NCBI GenBank assembly: GCA_900551135.1
Contig: URUX01000001.1
Coordinates: forward strand, 1 to 47,298
Direction of reading: 5' to 3'
DNA: 47,298 nucleotides
Origin: an uncultured Clostridium sp.
Lineage (GTDB): Bacteria; Bacillota; Clostridia; Lachnospirales; Lachnospiraceae
Shown: positions 1 through 9,150 of the stretch, one piece after another
How positions within the stretch are numbered: position 1 is the first letter of the stretch
Layout of the letters: every line of letters starts with the position of its first letter
The notes under the pieces: generated by a model
Seen by the model: the letters and a program-made list of their open reading frames with translations, nothing else
What the model was told of the DNA's origin: nothing
Database searches by the model: none
Position numbers and translations under genes: made by a program

Positions 1-322
1 CCGGAAGCATGTAAACGCCGATGAAATTGGTTGCGCCAAAATTCAGGACACCGTGTTCCATGTTTTCTATCTGCCGGATATATTCTTTGGCGCTGTTGCA
101 GGTAGCGACCATGTTTTCTGCAAATGGGCGAAATGCTTCTCCATGAATCGTCAGAAAGGTCTGGTTGCCCATCCGGTCAAAAAGAGGAATGCCCAGTTCA
201 TCCTCTAAGGCTCGAATCCGCTTACTGAGAGCGGGCTGGGAAATATAAAGTTTATCAGCAGCTTTGGCAAAATGCTGAGTTTTGGCTAAGGTAAGGAAAG
301 ATTCCAGTTTTGTAATATCCAT
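1..322 (-). CDS. LysR-family transcriptional regulator, N-terminal part (gene continues past the left window edge)
   Basis: It is absent from the ORF track because it is open to the window edge. The reverse complement of 322..1 reads MDITKLESFLTLAKTQHFAKAADKLYISQPALSKRIRALEDELGIPLFDRMGNQTFLT..., a canonical LysR HTH. It is divergent from the transporter gene at 490. Confidence 0.85.
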   Translation of the reverse strand, partial: MDITKLESFLTLAKTQHFAKAADKLYISQPALSKRIRALEDELGIPLFDRMGNQTFLTIHGEAFRPFAENMVATCNSAKEYIRQIENMEHGVLNFGATNFIGVYMLP

Positions 323-374
323 AGAGAAACTCCGTTAAAATGAAATGTAGACAGCGAGTTGCTGCAAATTAATC

Positions 375-389
375 ATAACAAAAAGTTAT
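375..389. promoter_or_regulatory. Candidate LysR-type operator (ATAAC-N5-GTTAT, which fits T-N11-A) in the divergent intergenic region
   Basis: The palindrome ATAACAAAAAGTTAT lies between the LysR start (322) and the transporter start. The LysR T-N11-A rule is established knowledge; the site assignment is inference. Confidence 0.3.
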
Positions 390-489
390 CAGTTTGTAAA
401 CTTTATTCGATTGAGTTAACAAAAAAGAGGAATATAATGAACATATAAAACAAATGTACCAGTTGGTGAGCGCGCAGTCTGAATGATGC

Positions 490-1871
490 ATGATGAGGAG
501 GGGAAAGTATGTCAAAAGAACAAAAGAAAAAATGGATACCAATGCAAGCGCCATTGCGGCGATAGCAGCATTTTTCATTATTTTATTTTTACCGCTTCCA
601 GAAGCAGTAACTCCGGAAGCGCAAAAGAGTATGGCACTTTTTGCGTTTGCATTAATTATGTGGATTGCAAGGCCGATTCCGATTTACCTTACTTCACTTA
701 TCCTGATTTTGCTGCTTCCTCTGATTGGGGCAGTAGAGGATCAGGAGATCGTCTTTGGTGCTTTGGGCTTTGATATTATCTGACAACAAAGTTTGCCAAA
801 ACCCCTGCACAGGTTCTGGTAGTCTTTGTAATCGTCAATTACATTCTGGCATTTTTTGTTCCGTCCACTACAGCAAGAGCATCTTTGATTGTTCCTATTG
901 CACTGGTTATTCTGGAAATTTATAAAGCGGTTCCCGGAAAAAGCAATTTTGGCAAATTGTTAATGCTGCAGGGAGTTCAAAACAATGCATTTGCGATGTC
1001 TGTCGTTATGACGGCGACATCCGCCCAGGTACTGGCAATTGGATTTATTAATGAACAGGCAGGGGGAGATGTCGGATATATGCAGTGGCTGCTGGGTTCA
1101 CTTCCCCAGGCGCTTCTGACTACGGCAATCGCATTTGTAGTAGGCCTGAAACTGTATAAGTGTAAAGAAGAAATGACAGGCGCTATGGGCAATGCAGCGG
1201 AAACCCTGAAAAAACAGTTAGATGAGCTGGGGCCGATTTCTCTGCGTGAAAAGAAAGCGTTATTTATTTTCCTGCTGACCTTGTTTTTATGGGCAACCGG
1301 AGATTACCAGGAAGCATGGTTTGGCTTTGAAATCAGTACGGAGCAGACCGCTGTTATCGGAATGCTGCTTTGTCTGATTCCTGGAATTGGTGTAATTACA
1401 TGGAAAGAAGCCAATATTAAATGGGATTTGATGATTTTCTCAGCCGGCGCTTATGCAGTTGGAAATGCAGTCAACGATACGGGAGCGGCCAGCTGGCTCA
1501 TTGGCAATCTGGTGGAGACAATGGGGCTGGACAGAATGAATCCTTCAGTAGTTGCAGTCATTTTGATTTTTATAACAGTATACAGCCATATGATATTTAC
1601 CAGCAAAACAGTCAGAACAACTATCTTGATTCCTGCGATTATTACACTGGCGCAAGGACTGGGAATCGATCCGGTTCCGTTAGCATTGGTATGTGCATTT
1701 GGTATCTCTACAACCATTACCTTGCCGCCGCATTTAAAAGTAAATACCCTTTATTTTGGAACAGGGTATTTTGACGTAAAAGATGAACTGTTCTTTGGTT
1801 TGATTTCCTGTTTTATTGCAGCCTGTTCCATGTCCTTGATTTACTTTACCTGGATTCATGTGATAGTATAA
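490..1871 (+). pseudogene. DASS/SLC13-family anion:Na+ symporter, disrupted (ORF pieces 490..783 and 885..1871)
   Basis: - The two ORFs lie in different frames, with the frame-0 continuation open from 774.
- The junction reads ...EDQEIVFGALGFDII* / LTTKFAKTPAQVLVVFVIVNYILAFFVPSTTARASLIVPIAL.
- It seems to lack the roughly 25-aa FLGGF...GL..RIA segment expected from DASS proteins such as VcINDY.
- The only good SD (AGGAGGGG, 496-503) serves ATG 509, which is out of frame. It yields MSKEQKKKWIPMQAPLRR* unless the A6 run at about 527-532 were A7. Confidence 0.6.
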
Positions 1872-1899
1872 AATGGACTGTTAAAGGAGAGAACTGCTT

Positions 1900-3141
1900 A
1901 TGAAAAATAAAATTCTGTTAGCGATAGCGGATGGGGTAGGAGATCGCCCTTGTGAAATTTTAGGATGGAAAACTCCGCTGCAATATGCAGATACTAGGCA
2001 TCTGGACGCATTGGCAAAGCAGGGCTCATGCGGGATCATGGATCTTTACCGTGCCGGAATACCAGTGGGGACGGATCTGGGACATTTGATTTTGTTTGGG
2101 TACGGAATTGAAGATTATCCGGGACGGGGGCCGATAGAAGCCTTTGGAGACGGAGTAGAACTGATAGGAGGAGATATCGCATTCCGGTGTAATTTTGCTT
2201 CTGTCGATGAAAATGGAATCGTAACCGACCGAAGAGCTGGAAGGATACGAGAAGGCACAAACCAGCTTGCACAGGCATTAAACGGGATAAAAATAGGGGA
2301 CGTCCAGGTGCTGTTTAAAGAAGCAACGGAGCACCGTGCAGTTTTGGTTTTGAGAGGCCAGGGATTGTCGGCGGCAATATCCGATACCGATCCAAAGAAA
2401 GAAGGGTGTCCGGTGAAAAAAGCGGCAGCCAGGGATTCCAGTTCGGAAGCAGCTTATACGGCAGAAATTTTAAATCAGGTGATGGAAAAGGCGCACCAGA
2501 TTTTAAAGGAACATCCATTAAATAAAGAGCGGATGGAAAGGGGACTTTTGCCTGCAAACAGTATTTTAACCAGAGGAGCAGGAAGGATGACCAGAATTGA
2601 AAAAGTTACAGAAAAGCTGGGATTTAGCGGCTGCTGTGTAGCATCTGAACGTACTGTTTTAGGAGTTGCAAGACTGGCGGGATTTGATATTATGACAGAT
2701 TCTGCATTTACCGGAAATATTGATACCGACATTGAGAAAAAGGCTGCGTTTGCAGTAGAAGCTTTAAAAAACCATGGTTTTGTGGCTCTGCATTATAAAG
2801 CTACAGATTTAATGGGGCATGATAATGAACCTTTGGGAAAAGTCAGAGCGATAGAGCAGTTTGATAAGATGGTCGGAATGGCAGCGGAAGCTGTCTCCAG
2901 GGAGATCCAGGAGCCGGTTATTATTGCACTGGCAGCCGATCATTCAACGCCCTGTGAACGATGCGAACACAGCGGAGATCCGGTTCCGGTGGTAATAAGC
3001 GGACGGAATATCAGAAGAGATAACGTGTCTGTTTATGATGAAATCGCCTGTGCAGAAGGCGGATTGGGAAGAATAAAAGGTGAAGATTTTAACTGTATAT
3101 TACTGGATTACCTGGAAGTAACGGTAAAACAGGGAAATTAA
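1900..3141 (+). CDS. apgM: Cofactor-independent phosphoglycerate mutase, archaeal-type (metalloenzyme/PhosphMutase superfamily)
   Basis: 413 aa. The N-terminus KILLAIADGVGDRP, then GTDLGHL, the C-terminal HYKATDLMGHD and ADHSTP motifs are typical of apgM-like enzymes. An SD (AAAGGAGAG) lies upstream. Confidence 0.7.
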   Translation: MKNKILLAIADGVGDRPCEILGWKTPLQYADTRHLDALAKQGSCGIMDLYRAGIPVGTDLGHLILFGYGIEDYPGRGPIEAFGDGVELIGGDIAFRCNFASVDENGIVTDRRAGRIREGTNQLAQALNGIKIGDVQVLFKEATEHRAVLVLRGQGLSAAISDTDPKKEGCPVKKAAARDSSSEAAYTAEILNQVMEKAHQILKEHPLNKERMERGLLPANSILTRGAGRMTRIEKVTEKLGFSGCCVASERTVLGVARLAGFDIMTDSAFTGNIDTDIEKKAAFAVEALKNHGFVALHYKATDLMGHDNEPLGKVRAIEQFDKMVGMAAEAVSREIQEPVIIALAADHSTPCERCEHSGDPVPVVISGRNIRRDNVSVYDEIACAEGGLGRIKGEDFNCILLDYLEVTVKQGN

Positions 3142-3150
3142 AAGAGGTCA

Positions 3151-3197
3151 AAACCTCCGGGCCAGAATGAGGAAGTTATTCTGGCCCGGAGGTTTTT
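3151..3197. terminator. Bidirectional intrinsic terminator between apgM and the BCCT gene
   Basis: An 18-bp stem AAACCTCCGGGCCAGAAT / ATTCTGGCCCGGAGGTTT is followed by a T run on the + strand and preceded by an A run. Confidence 0.8.
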
Positions 3198-3200
3198 GAG

Positions 3201-4709
3201 TTAGTTTTTACCAGTCTCACTCAGATATGCTTTTGCATCTTTAAAGAAGCTGTAAATCATCATGACAATAATGATTCCCACAGGAAAGGCAGCAATAATG
3301 GATACTGTCTGGAGATTAGCCATGGAATTGTCAGAAAAAACCAGGGCAATAGGGAATAAAATCAGCAGCACAGCCCAAAACAGCTTGACGGCTTTGGACG
3401 GTTCCTGGCCATCCGGCAGTTCTTTATAGGAATAAGAAGCAGCGACCAGAGCCAGGGCATCGTAGGAAGTGGAGTAAAAGGTAATCATGGTAATAGCCAG
3501 TAAAATCAATCCCACAGCGGGAAGGGGCAGGGTGTCCATAACGGCTAAGATAGCAGTACACAGGTTCTGGCTCTGTTCATAGATGCCGAGAATATCCAGT
3601 TGTCCGTGCATCTGGAGTCCCAAACCATAGTTGCCCAGCACGATAAAGGAGACAAAGGTGCCAGCCAGTCCGTAGAAGTATCCGCCCAGTATGGTCTGCT
3701 TAATGGTGCGTCCCTTACTGATCGTTCCGATAAAAAACGGAGCAGCCACACACCATACCATCCAGTAAGCCCAGTAGAAAATCGTCAGATTCTGAGGAAA
3801 AGAGGAGGTACGCAGGGCATCGGTCCAGGTGGACATAGCAATAAAATTCTGCACCATATTTCCAAGAGAAGTGATTCCGGTTTCGATAATGTACTGGGCC
3901 TTTCCACCGCCGATAAATACATATAGAAGAAAGGCGAAGAAAAAGTATACACATCCTGCTGCAAGTCTGGCAATTCCCTTCATTCCGAAATATACGGTTA
4001 CAATGTAAATCACGCCTACAATGACTAAAATTGCAATGGTCAGCAGCTTGGACTCTTCAATCCCTAAAAACTGGCTGAATATAATGGAAAGTAAGGGGGA
4101 AGATACGGAAAATGTTGTAGCGGTTCCGGCTACCAGGGCAAAAACTGCAATTAAGTCAATGATCTTTCCGGCAGCGCCGTCTGTCTTTTTACCCAGCAGC
4201 GGCCGGCAGGCTTCCGAATATTTCTGTTTAGTACGTTTGCGGACATGAAGCATAAATCCAAACGCAACAGCCAGAACCAGGTAAAAAGCCCAGGGAATCG
4301 GACCCCAGTGGAACAGCGGATACGTAGAAGCCCAGTCCTGAATTGTGCCCATATCTGAAATATGGGGTTCATTTGCATATAGTATCCATTCACAGAGAGA
4401 GTAAAACAGAATGTCTGCGGCTAAACCGGAGGTAAACATCATAGCGCCCCACTGGAAGTCGGTATAAGCAGGTTTTTCTGTATTGCCCAGACGGATGGTT
4501 CCATATCGGGAAAATGCAATATATAAACTGATAAAGAAAACGCCAAGCCCTACAATCAGATAGTAGCTGCCAAGCTGATCGCCAAAGAAAAACCGGACAG
4601 ATTCTAAAGCTGCAGAGGACTGCTCCGGCCATGCCATAAAAAGAACACATAAAAGGATAATGGCGGCACAGGGAATTACGGTGGTTACCCAGTCAATGCG
4701 AGATTTCAT
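3201..4709 (-). CDS. BCCT-family (betaine/carnitine/choline) transporter
   Basis: 502 aa and polytopic. It contains SRYGTIRLG, FQWGAMMFTSGLAADILFYS and WTIFYWAYWMVW-type BCCT signatures. The SD TAGGAGG precedes the ATG. Confidence 0.85.
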   Translation of the reverse strand: MKSRIDWVTTVIPCAAIILLCVLFMAWPEQSSAALESVRFFFGDQLGSYYLIVGLGVFFISLYIAFSRYGTIRLGNTEKPAYTDFQWGAMMFTSGLAADILFYSLCEWILYANEPHISDMGTIQDWASTYPLFHWGPIPWAFYLVLAVAFGFMLHVRKRTKQKYSEACRPLLGKKTDGAAGKIIDLIAVFALVAGTATTFSVSSPLLSIIFSQFLGIEESKLLTIAILVIVGVIYIVTVYFGMKGIARLAAGCVYFFFAFLLYVFIGGGKAQYIIETGITSLGNMVQNFIAMSTWTDALRTSSFPQNLTIFYWAYWMVWCVAAPFFIGTISKGRTIKQTILGGYFYGLAGTFVSFIVLGNYGLGLQMHGQLDILGIYEQSQNLCTAILAVMDTLPLPAVGLILLAITMITFYSTSYDALALVAASYSYKELPDGQEPSKAVKLFWAVLLILFPIALVFSDNSMANLQTVSIIAAFPVGIIIVMMIYSFFKDAKAYLSETGKN

Positions 4710-4904
4710 AAAGACCTCCTAAAAGATGTTCAAAAAAAGTAAAATTTGAAATATATTGAACATGATAGCACCGGAAGAGGGAAAAAGCAAGAGAAAAAAT
4801 GAAGATTTTATGACATTTTCAAAAAACCTCTGTTAAAATCCTGAAAGATCCACTATAATACAAGCTGCGTAAAAAGTGAAAGAGTTATAAGGAGGAAATT
4901 CCAA

Positions 4905-5417
4905 ATGAAGAAGGCAAAGAGTATGCTGGCTGTTATGGGCTGTGCCGCAATGCTTCTTAGCGGATGCACCCAGAGCAACATTGTAACGCCCAGCGGAGAA
5001 GCTGCCGCACCGGATTTTTCGATAAAAGAAGATGTGCAGATTGTCTGGGAACAGGTTTATGAGGATCTGGGTGAGATTTTTATGGAGTCCGATGAATATC
5101 CGAATTTAGAGCAAATCGGCTTTAACGTGGATGATGAGGAAAAGATGGTAAACCTGGAAATATTAGTATCCGAGGAGGCCAGCAAAGAAGAGGCGGTTGC
5201 TTACGCAACTGATCTGGTAAAGGCGATTAACGACGAGGTACAGATTCAGAGTTCCTACTATGAAGCATCTACACCAGAATCCTATGGCGGCTTTTTTAAG
5301 GAATACGGTTTCCATGCAGTAGTAGCTCCCATCCGTTCAGAAGGAGATGCATCTGCTTATCTGGTAGACGACACAGTAGCAGCCGGTGAAGAGCGGGCCA
5401 TCAAGGCAGCAGAGTAA
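4905..5417 (+). CDS. Acidic lipoprotein of unknown function
   Basis: The signal peptide carries a lipobox (MLLSGC). A strong SD (TAAGGAGG) is present, followed by the terminator at 5427-5456. Confidence 0.65.
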   Translation: MKKAKSMLAVMGCAAMLLSGCTQSNIVTPSGEAAAPDFSIKEDVQIVWEQVYEDLGEIFMESDEYPNLEQIGFNVDDEEKMVNLEILVSEEASKEEAVAYATDLVKAINDEVQIQSSYYEASTPESYGGFFKEYGFHAVVAPIRSEGDASAYLVDDTVAAGEERAIKAAE

Positions 5418-5426
5418 CGATCAAAA

Positions 5427-5456
5427 GGCCCTGTCTGGCATCAGACAGAGCCTTTT
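5427..5456 (+). terminator. Intrinsic terminator after the lipoprotein gene
   Basis: The stem GGCCCTGTCTG / CAGACAGAGCC has a 4-nt loop and is followed by TTTT. Confidence 0.6.
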
Positions 5457-5471
5457 AAAAAGGAGATTAAA

Positions 5472-5648
5472 ATGACAATTCCCAAAGACCCCATTATGCT
5501 GTTAAGCTACATCAACACCCAGCTTCGGGATTACTATCCCTCATTAGAGGAACTGTGCCATGGTCTGGGTACCGATCAAGAGGAACTGAAGCAGAAACTT
5601 TCTGCAGCAGGATATTTTTATGATGCGGCAAAAAATCAGTTTAAGTAA
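5472..5648 (+). CDS. DUF4250-like small protein (58 aa)
   Basis: It is below the 60-aa cutoff of the ORF track. It reads MTIPKDPIMLLSYINTQLRDYYPSLEELCHGLGTDQEELKQKLSAAGYFYDAAKNQFK*. The SD AAAGGAG lies 6 nt upstream. The sequence matches my memory of the DUF4250 family. Confidence 0.65.
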   Translation: MTIPKDPIMLLSYINTQLRDYYPSLEELCHGLGTDQEELKQKLSAAGYFYDAAKNQFK

Positions 5649-5649
5649 A

Positions 5650-6657
5650 TCAGTACTGTTTCCACAAAATATCACGGTTGATGGTCCGGTAAAACAATTC
5701 CCGGATTTTTTTCGGATCGCGGGTCTGGCCCAATATCCACATCAGCTTTGTAACGGCAGCTTCTAATGTCATATCATAAGCTTCCAGCAGGCCAAAATCC
5801 CGCTTCATCTTTTTTCCAACCTCGTAGACAGACATGTTGCTGCCTTCGTTGGTTACCTGGGTGGTCATAATTACTGTTTTTCCCATGGAAGTCCATTTGT
5901 CGATGGCCTGGCGGTAGTCTCCCGATTCATAGGAAGGAAGGCCGCCTACGCCAAAGGATTCAATGATTACGCCGTCATAATGCTCGGCCATGTAATTAAG
6001 AAGTCCTGCGTCCATAGAGGGAATCAGCTTCAAAAGACCTACATTGGAATTCATGGTCAGGGAAAAGCGGACGTTCCGTTCCTTCTGCTCCTTGTCATCC
6101 AGATAAAAGATGACATGATCTTCTTGTACCGTGGCGATGTAGGGAAAATTAATACTGGAAAATGCATTATAGCTTTTGGTACGCTCCTTTTTGCCACGGG
6201 TTCCGGCAATGACTTTTCCGTCAAAGACCAGATTTACGCCGTGAGCTTTCGGACAGGAGGCGAACAGCAGACTGTCGGCCAGGTTCATGCGGGCATCGGT
6301 ATTTTCCATATCAATAGGCTTTTGAGCGCCGGTAATGACAATGGGTTTGGGAGAATCCTGAATCAGATAAGACAGGGCTGCAGCCGTATAGGCCATGGTG
6401 TCGGTACCGTGGCAGACTACAAAACCATCATACTGATCATAATGTTCTTCTATTGACCGGGCAATCAGCAGCCAGTGATCCGGCTGCATGTTGGTACTGT
6501 CAATATTTAAAACCTGCAAAGTGTCTGCAAGGCAGAACTGTTTGGTATCTGGAACAAAGGAGAGGAGTTCGTCAGAAGACATAACCGGTTTTAATCCGTC
6601 ATCACTTCGTTTACAGGCAATGGTTCCGCCTGTTCCAATTACAAGAATGTGCTTCAT
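5650..6657 (-). CDS. ansA: L-asparaginase, type I
   Basis: The track ORF extends to 6795. However, the SD (AAAGGA) and the conserved N-terminus MKHILVIGTGGTIAC begin at the ATG at 6655-6657. HGTDTMAYTAAALS is also present. Confidence 0.85.
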   Translation of the reverse strand: MKHILVIGTGGTIACKRSDDGLKPVMSSDELLSFVPDTKQFCLADTLQVLNIDSTNMQPDHWLLIARSIEEHYDQYDGFVVCHGTDTMAYTAAALSYLIQDSPKPIVITGAQKPIDMENTDARMNLADSLLFASCPKAHGVNLVFDGKVIAGTRGKKERTKSYNAFSSINFPYIATVQEDHVIFYLDDKEQKERNVRFSLTMNSNVGLLKLIPSMDAGLLNYMAEHYDGVIIESFGVGGLPSYESGDYRQAIDKWTSMGKTVIMTTQVTNEGSNMSVYEVGKKMKRDFGLLEAYDMTLEAAVTKLMWILGQTRDPKKIRELFYRTINRDILWKQY

Positions 6658-6900
6658 AAAGTTGAAATCCTTTCTAAGCGGAGAATCTCGCTTTGGAGAG
6701 TCGTTGTTATCGGTAATGACAGCATCTGTATATATGGATGCTGCTTTTATTTTATAATTGGCAGGGCAATTTGTCAATTTCAGGATTCCGGCCATAGGAG
6801 AGTGGGAAACTTCGGTTTTCTGGTTGCCCTATACATCGTCAGCAAAGTATGCTAAAATGAAACCGTATTTTTAGTTTATATTTTATGAAAGGAAGCAACT

Positions 6901-8403
6901 ATGCAGATAGTATTAGAAGGATTAAGCATGGCCTGGAACTGGCTGTTAGATAATATTTTGTTTATTAATCTGATTTTATCCATAATCATTGTTTTTTTTC
7001 AGAGAAGAGATCCGAAGACAGTATGGACCTGGCTTCTTGCCCTTTATTTTATCCCGGGTTTTGGTATTATATTTTACCTGCTGTTTGGTCAGGATTTTCA
7101 CAAGAACAAGATGTTCCGAATTAAAAGCCTGGAGGATCAGATGGGTTCCTCGATCCGCAGTCAGGAAGAAATTTTGCGGAATTTCAACCATGAAAATATG
7201 GATGATCCCCTGGTTCGGGATTATGGCGATCTGATTATGTACAATTTAAAAACTTCCGGCAGTGTTCTTACGGTACACAATGAGGTTAAGATTTTTTCAG
7301 ATGGAGAGGCCAAATTTGAAGATTTGCGGAACAGTCTGCGCAAAGCAAAAAAATTTATCCACATCCAGTACTACATTATAAAAAATGATGAAGTATTTGA
7401 TTCGATTGTACCGATTCTGATTGACCGGGTACGAAACGGGGTAGAAGTCCGGATTCTCTATGATGGTATGGGCGGCCGTTTTATGCCGAAAAAACGCTGG
7501 GAAGAATTAAAAAACGCAGGAGTTCAGGTAGGCGTATTTTTCCCTGCGCTGCTGGGGCGTTTAAACCTGCGTGTTAATTATCGAAATCACCGCAAAATCG
7601 TGGTAATTGACGGAATTATCGGATATGTAGGCGGCTTTAATATTGGCCGGGAATACATTTCCAGAGATCCAAAGTTCGGCTATTGGCGGGATACGCATTT
7701 GAAAATTACCGGAGATGCAGTTATCAGCCTGCAGATTCGATTTGTATTAGACTGGAACTATGCAACCCATGAAAATCTGTTCCAGCTTCCAGAGTACTTT
7801 GATTCACCTTACCGCAATGGCCTGGTAAAAGCCATGCAGGAGGAGGGAAAACGTCTGGTGGCAGTCCAGATTGTAGCCAGCGGGCCGGATACTCTGGATC
7901 GTCAGATCCGCAACAATTATCTGGAACTGTTCCACAAAGCAAGAAAAAGCATTTATATTCACACTCCTTATTTTGTACCGGATGATGCCGTTCAGTCGGC
8001 TCTGCGCATAGCAGCCAGATCTGGTGTGGATGTACGGCTTATGATTCCGTGTAAGCCTGATCATCCCTTTGTGTACTGGGCCACATATTCGTATGCCGGC
8101 GATCTGATTGAAGCTGGTGCAAAATGTTACGTATACGACAATGGATTCCTCCATGCCAAAGGAGTTATGGTAGATGGAAGAGTCAGCAGTTATGGTACTG
8201 CCAATATGGATATTCGAAGCTTTGAACTGAATTTTGAAGTAAATGCAACGATTTATGATGAAACCATTACCCAGCAGTTAGAAGAAGAATTCTTAAGTGA
8301 TTTGAAGCACTGCCGGGAAATTACGAAAGAAGTATACGAATCCAGATCCCTGCTGATTCGAATAAAAGAGCAGGGCAGCCGGCTCCTGTCCCCGTTGCTG
8401 TAA
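6901..8403 (+). CDS. cls: Cardiolipin synthase
   Basis: 500 aa with two N-terminal TM helices and two PLD HKD motifs (NHRKIVVIDG and LHAKGVMVDG). The SD is AAAGGAAG. Confidence 0.9.
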   Translation: MQIVLEGLSMAWNWLLDNILFINLILSIIIVFFQRRDPKTVWTWLLALYFIPGFGIIFYLLFGQDFHKNKMFRIKSLEDQMGSSIRSQEEILRNFNHENMDDPLVRDYGDLIMYNLKTSGSVLTVHNEVKIFSDGEAKFEDLRNSLRKAKKFIHIQYYIIKNDEVFDSIVPILIDRVRNGVEVRILYDGMGGRFMPKKRWEELKNAGVQVGVFFPALLGRLNLRVNYRNHRKIVVIDGIIGYVGGFNIGREYISRDPKFGYWRDTHLKITGDAVISLQIRFVLDWNYATHENLFQLPEYFDSPYRNGLVKAMQEEGKRLVAVQIVASGPDTLDRQIRNNYLELFHKARKSIYIHTPYFVPDDAVQSALRIAARSGVDVRLMIPCKPDHPFVYWATYSYAGDLIEAGAKCYVYDNGFLHAKGVMVDGRVSSYGTANMDIRSFELNFEVNATIYDETITQQLEEEFLSDLKHCREITKEVYESRSLLIRIKEQGSRLLSPLL

Positions 8404-8503
8404 GAATGCAGCCGGTTCCGGACCGTTACAGTAAAATAGCAGGAATGGTATGAGTTCTCCCTTTTTTGTGCATATTATGTGTGACAGGAAAGGGAGAATT
8501 ATT

Positions 8504-8950
8504 TTGAACAGATTTGCGATTGATTTTTTTAAATGCGGCATAGCCGGCTGGTGTCTGGAAGTGATTTTTACCTCAGCAGAGTCCGTCATAGCCGGAGACT
8601 GGCGGCTTATGGGGCATACGTCCCTGTTAATGTTTCCGATTTATGGTATGGGGGCGCTATTAGGGCCTATTGGACGTCAGGTAGATTTGTGGATTGGAGA
8701 CGGAAGCAGCGGAGCAGGGACAGAACTGAATCCGGCCGATCAGGCTGTCCGCCATGGTATGCTGTATATGGTGCTGATTTTTATCGGAGAATATGTGTCG
8801 GGACTGTTTTTGAGGGGACGGGGAATGTGTCCATGGGATTATACCGGATGCAGATCCAGCGTAAACGGCCTGATCCGCCTTGATTTTGCACCATTCTGGT
8901 TTCTGACAGGGCTGCTTTTTGAGCAAATCACAGGTGTCCAGAAGAGATAG
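8504..8950 (+). CDS. Membrane protein, putative ABC-transporter type IV family (PF06541-like)
   Basis: The GWCLEVIFT, FPIYGMGALL and PWDYTG motifs are present. I prefer the TTG start at 8504, which is 7 nt after the SD AAGGGAG, over the track start at 8450. Confidence 0.55.
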   Translation: MNRFAIDFFKCGIAGWCLEVIFTSAESVIAGDWRLMGHTSLLMFPIYGMGALLGPIGRQVDLWIGDGSSGAGTELNPADQAVRHGMLYMVLIFIGEYVSGLFLRGRGMCPWDYTGCRSSVNGLIRLDFAPFWFLTGLLFEQITGVQKR

Positions 8951-9028
8951 CAGCCGTTTGGCCAGGTATTTTCTTGCCTGCTTTCAACGCTTTTTTCGGT
9001 CTGAATCTTCCCATGGCTGGATGGTTAC
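8950..9028 (-). repeat. Palindromic intergenic repeat family, copy D (reverse orientation, degenerate)
   Basis: GCTTTCAACGCTTTTTTCGGTCTGAATCTTCCCATGGCTGGATGGTTAC aligns to the reverse complement of the full-length copy at 35560-35710. Confidence 0.6.
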
Positions 9029-9053
9029 AAGAAGTAAAATTTGTGTCATGTAC

Positions 9054-9082
9054 TTGTATTTGCTTCGGGGATTTTATATAAT
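9054..9082 (+). promoter_or_regulatory. Candidate sigma-A promoter for plsC-pheA-DUF815-ppx-ppk
   Basis: TTGTAT-17 nt-TATAAT. Confidence 0.4.
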
Positions 9083-9150
9083 AAAGTGGCAAAGTGAAGG
9101 CCGTACAGAGAGTGAGGACGGCCTTAAAAAATCCCCGGAGGACGCAGTTT

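Noticed and set aside
6721-6756. Hairpin AGCATC-N10-GATGCT followed by GCTTTTATTTTA in the ansA/cls intergenic region, which looks like a plus-strand terminator or a possible attenuator or T-box for ansA.
   Set aside because: It is on the wrong strand for the ansA leader, and no plus-strand gene lies upstream of it. I could find no T-box (AGGGTGGTACCGCG-like) or other riboswitch signature in the leader. It is left unannotated.
6658-6795. N-terminal extension of the asparaginase ORF (MAGILKLTNCPANYKIKAAS...). Upstream extensions also appear in the track for plsC (9094), the AGCS gene (17236), ppiB (20581), the RND gene (27330), spoIIR (33584), island ORF 3 (37381) and rpoB (39613).
   Set aside because: In each case a downstream ATG has a proper SD and coincides with the conserved N-terminus of the family. 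The extensions carry no SD and no family-like sequence.
9097-9125. Hairpin AAGGCCGT-13 nt-ACGGCCTT just upstream of plsC.
   Set aside because: It is followed by an A run rather than a T run on the + strand, and preceded by no T run usable on the - strand, so it is not a terminator. It is probably just 5'-UTR structure.
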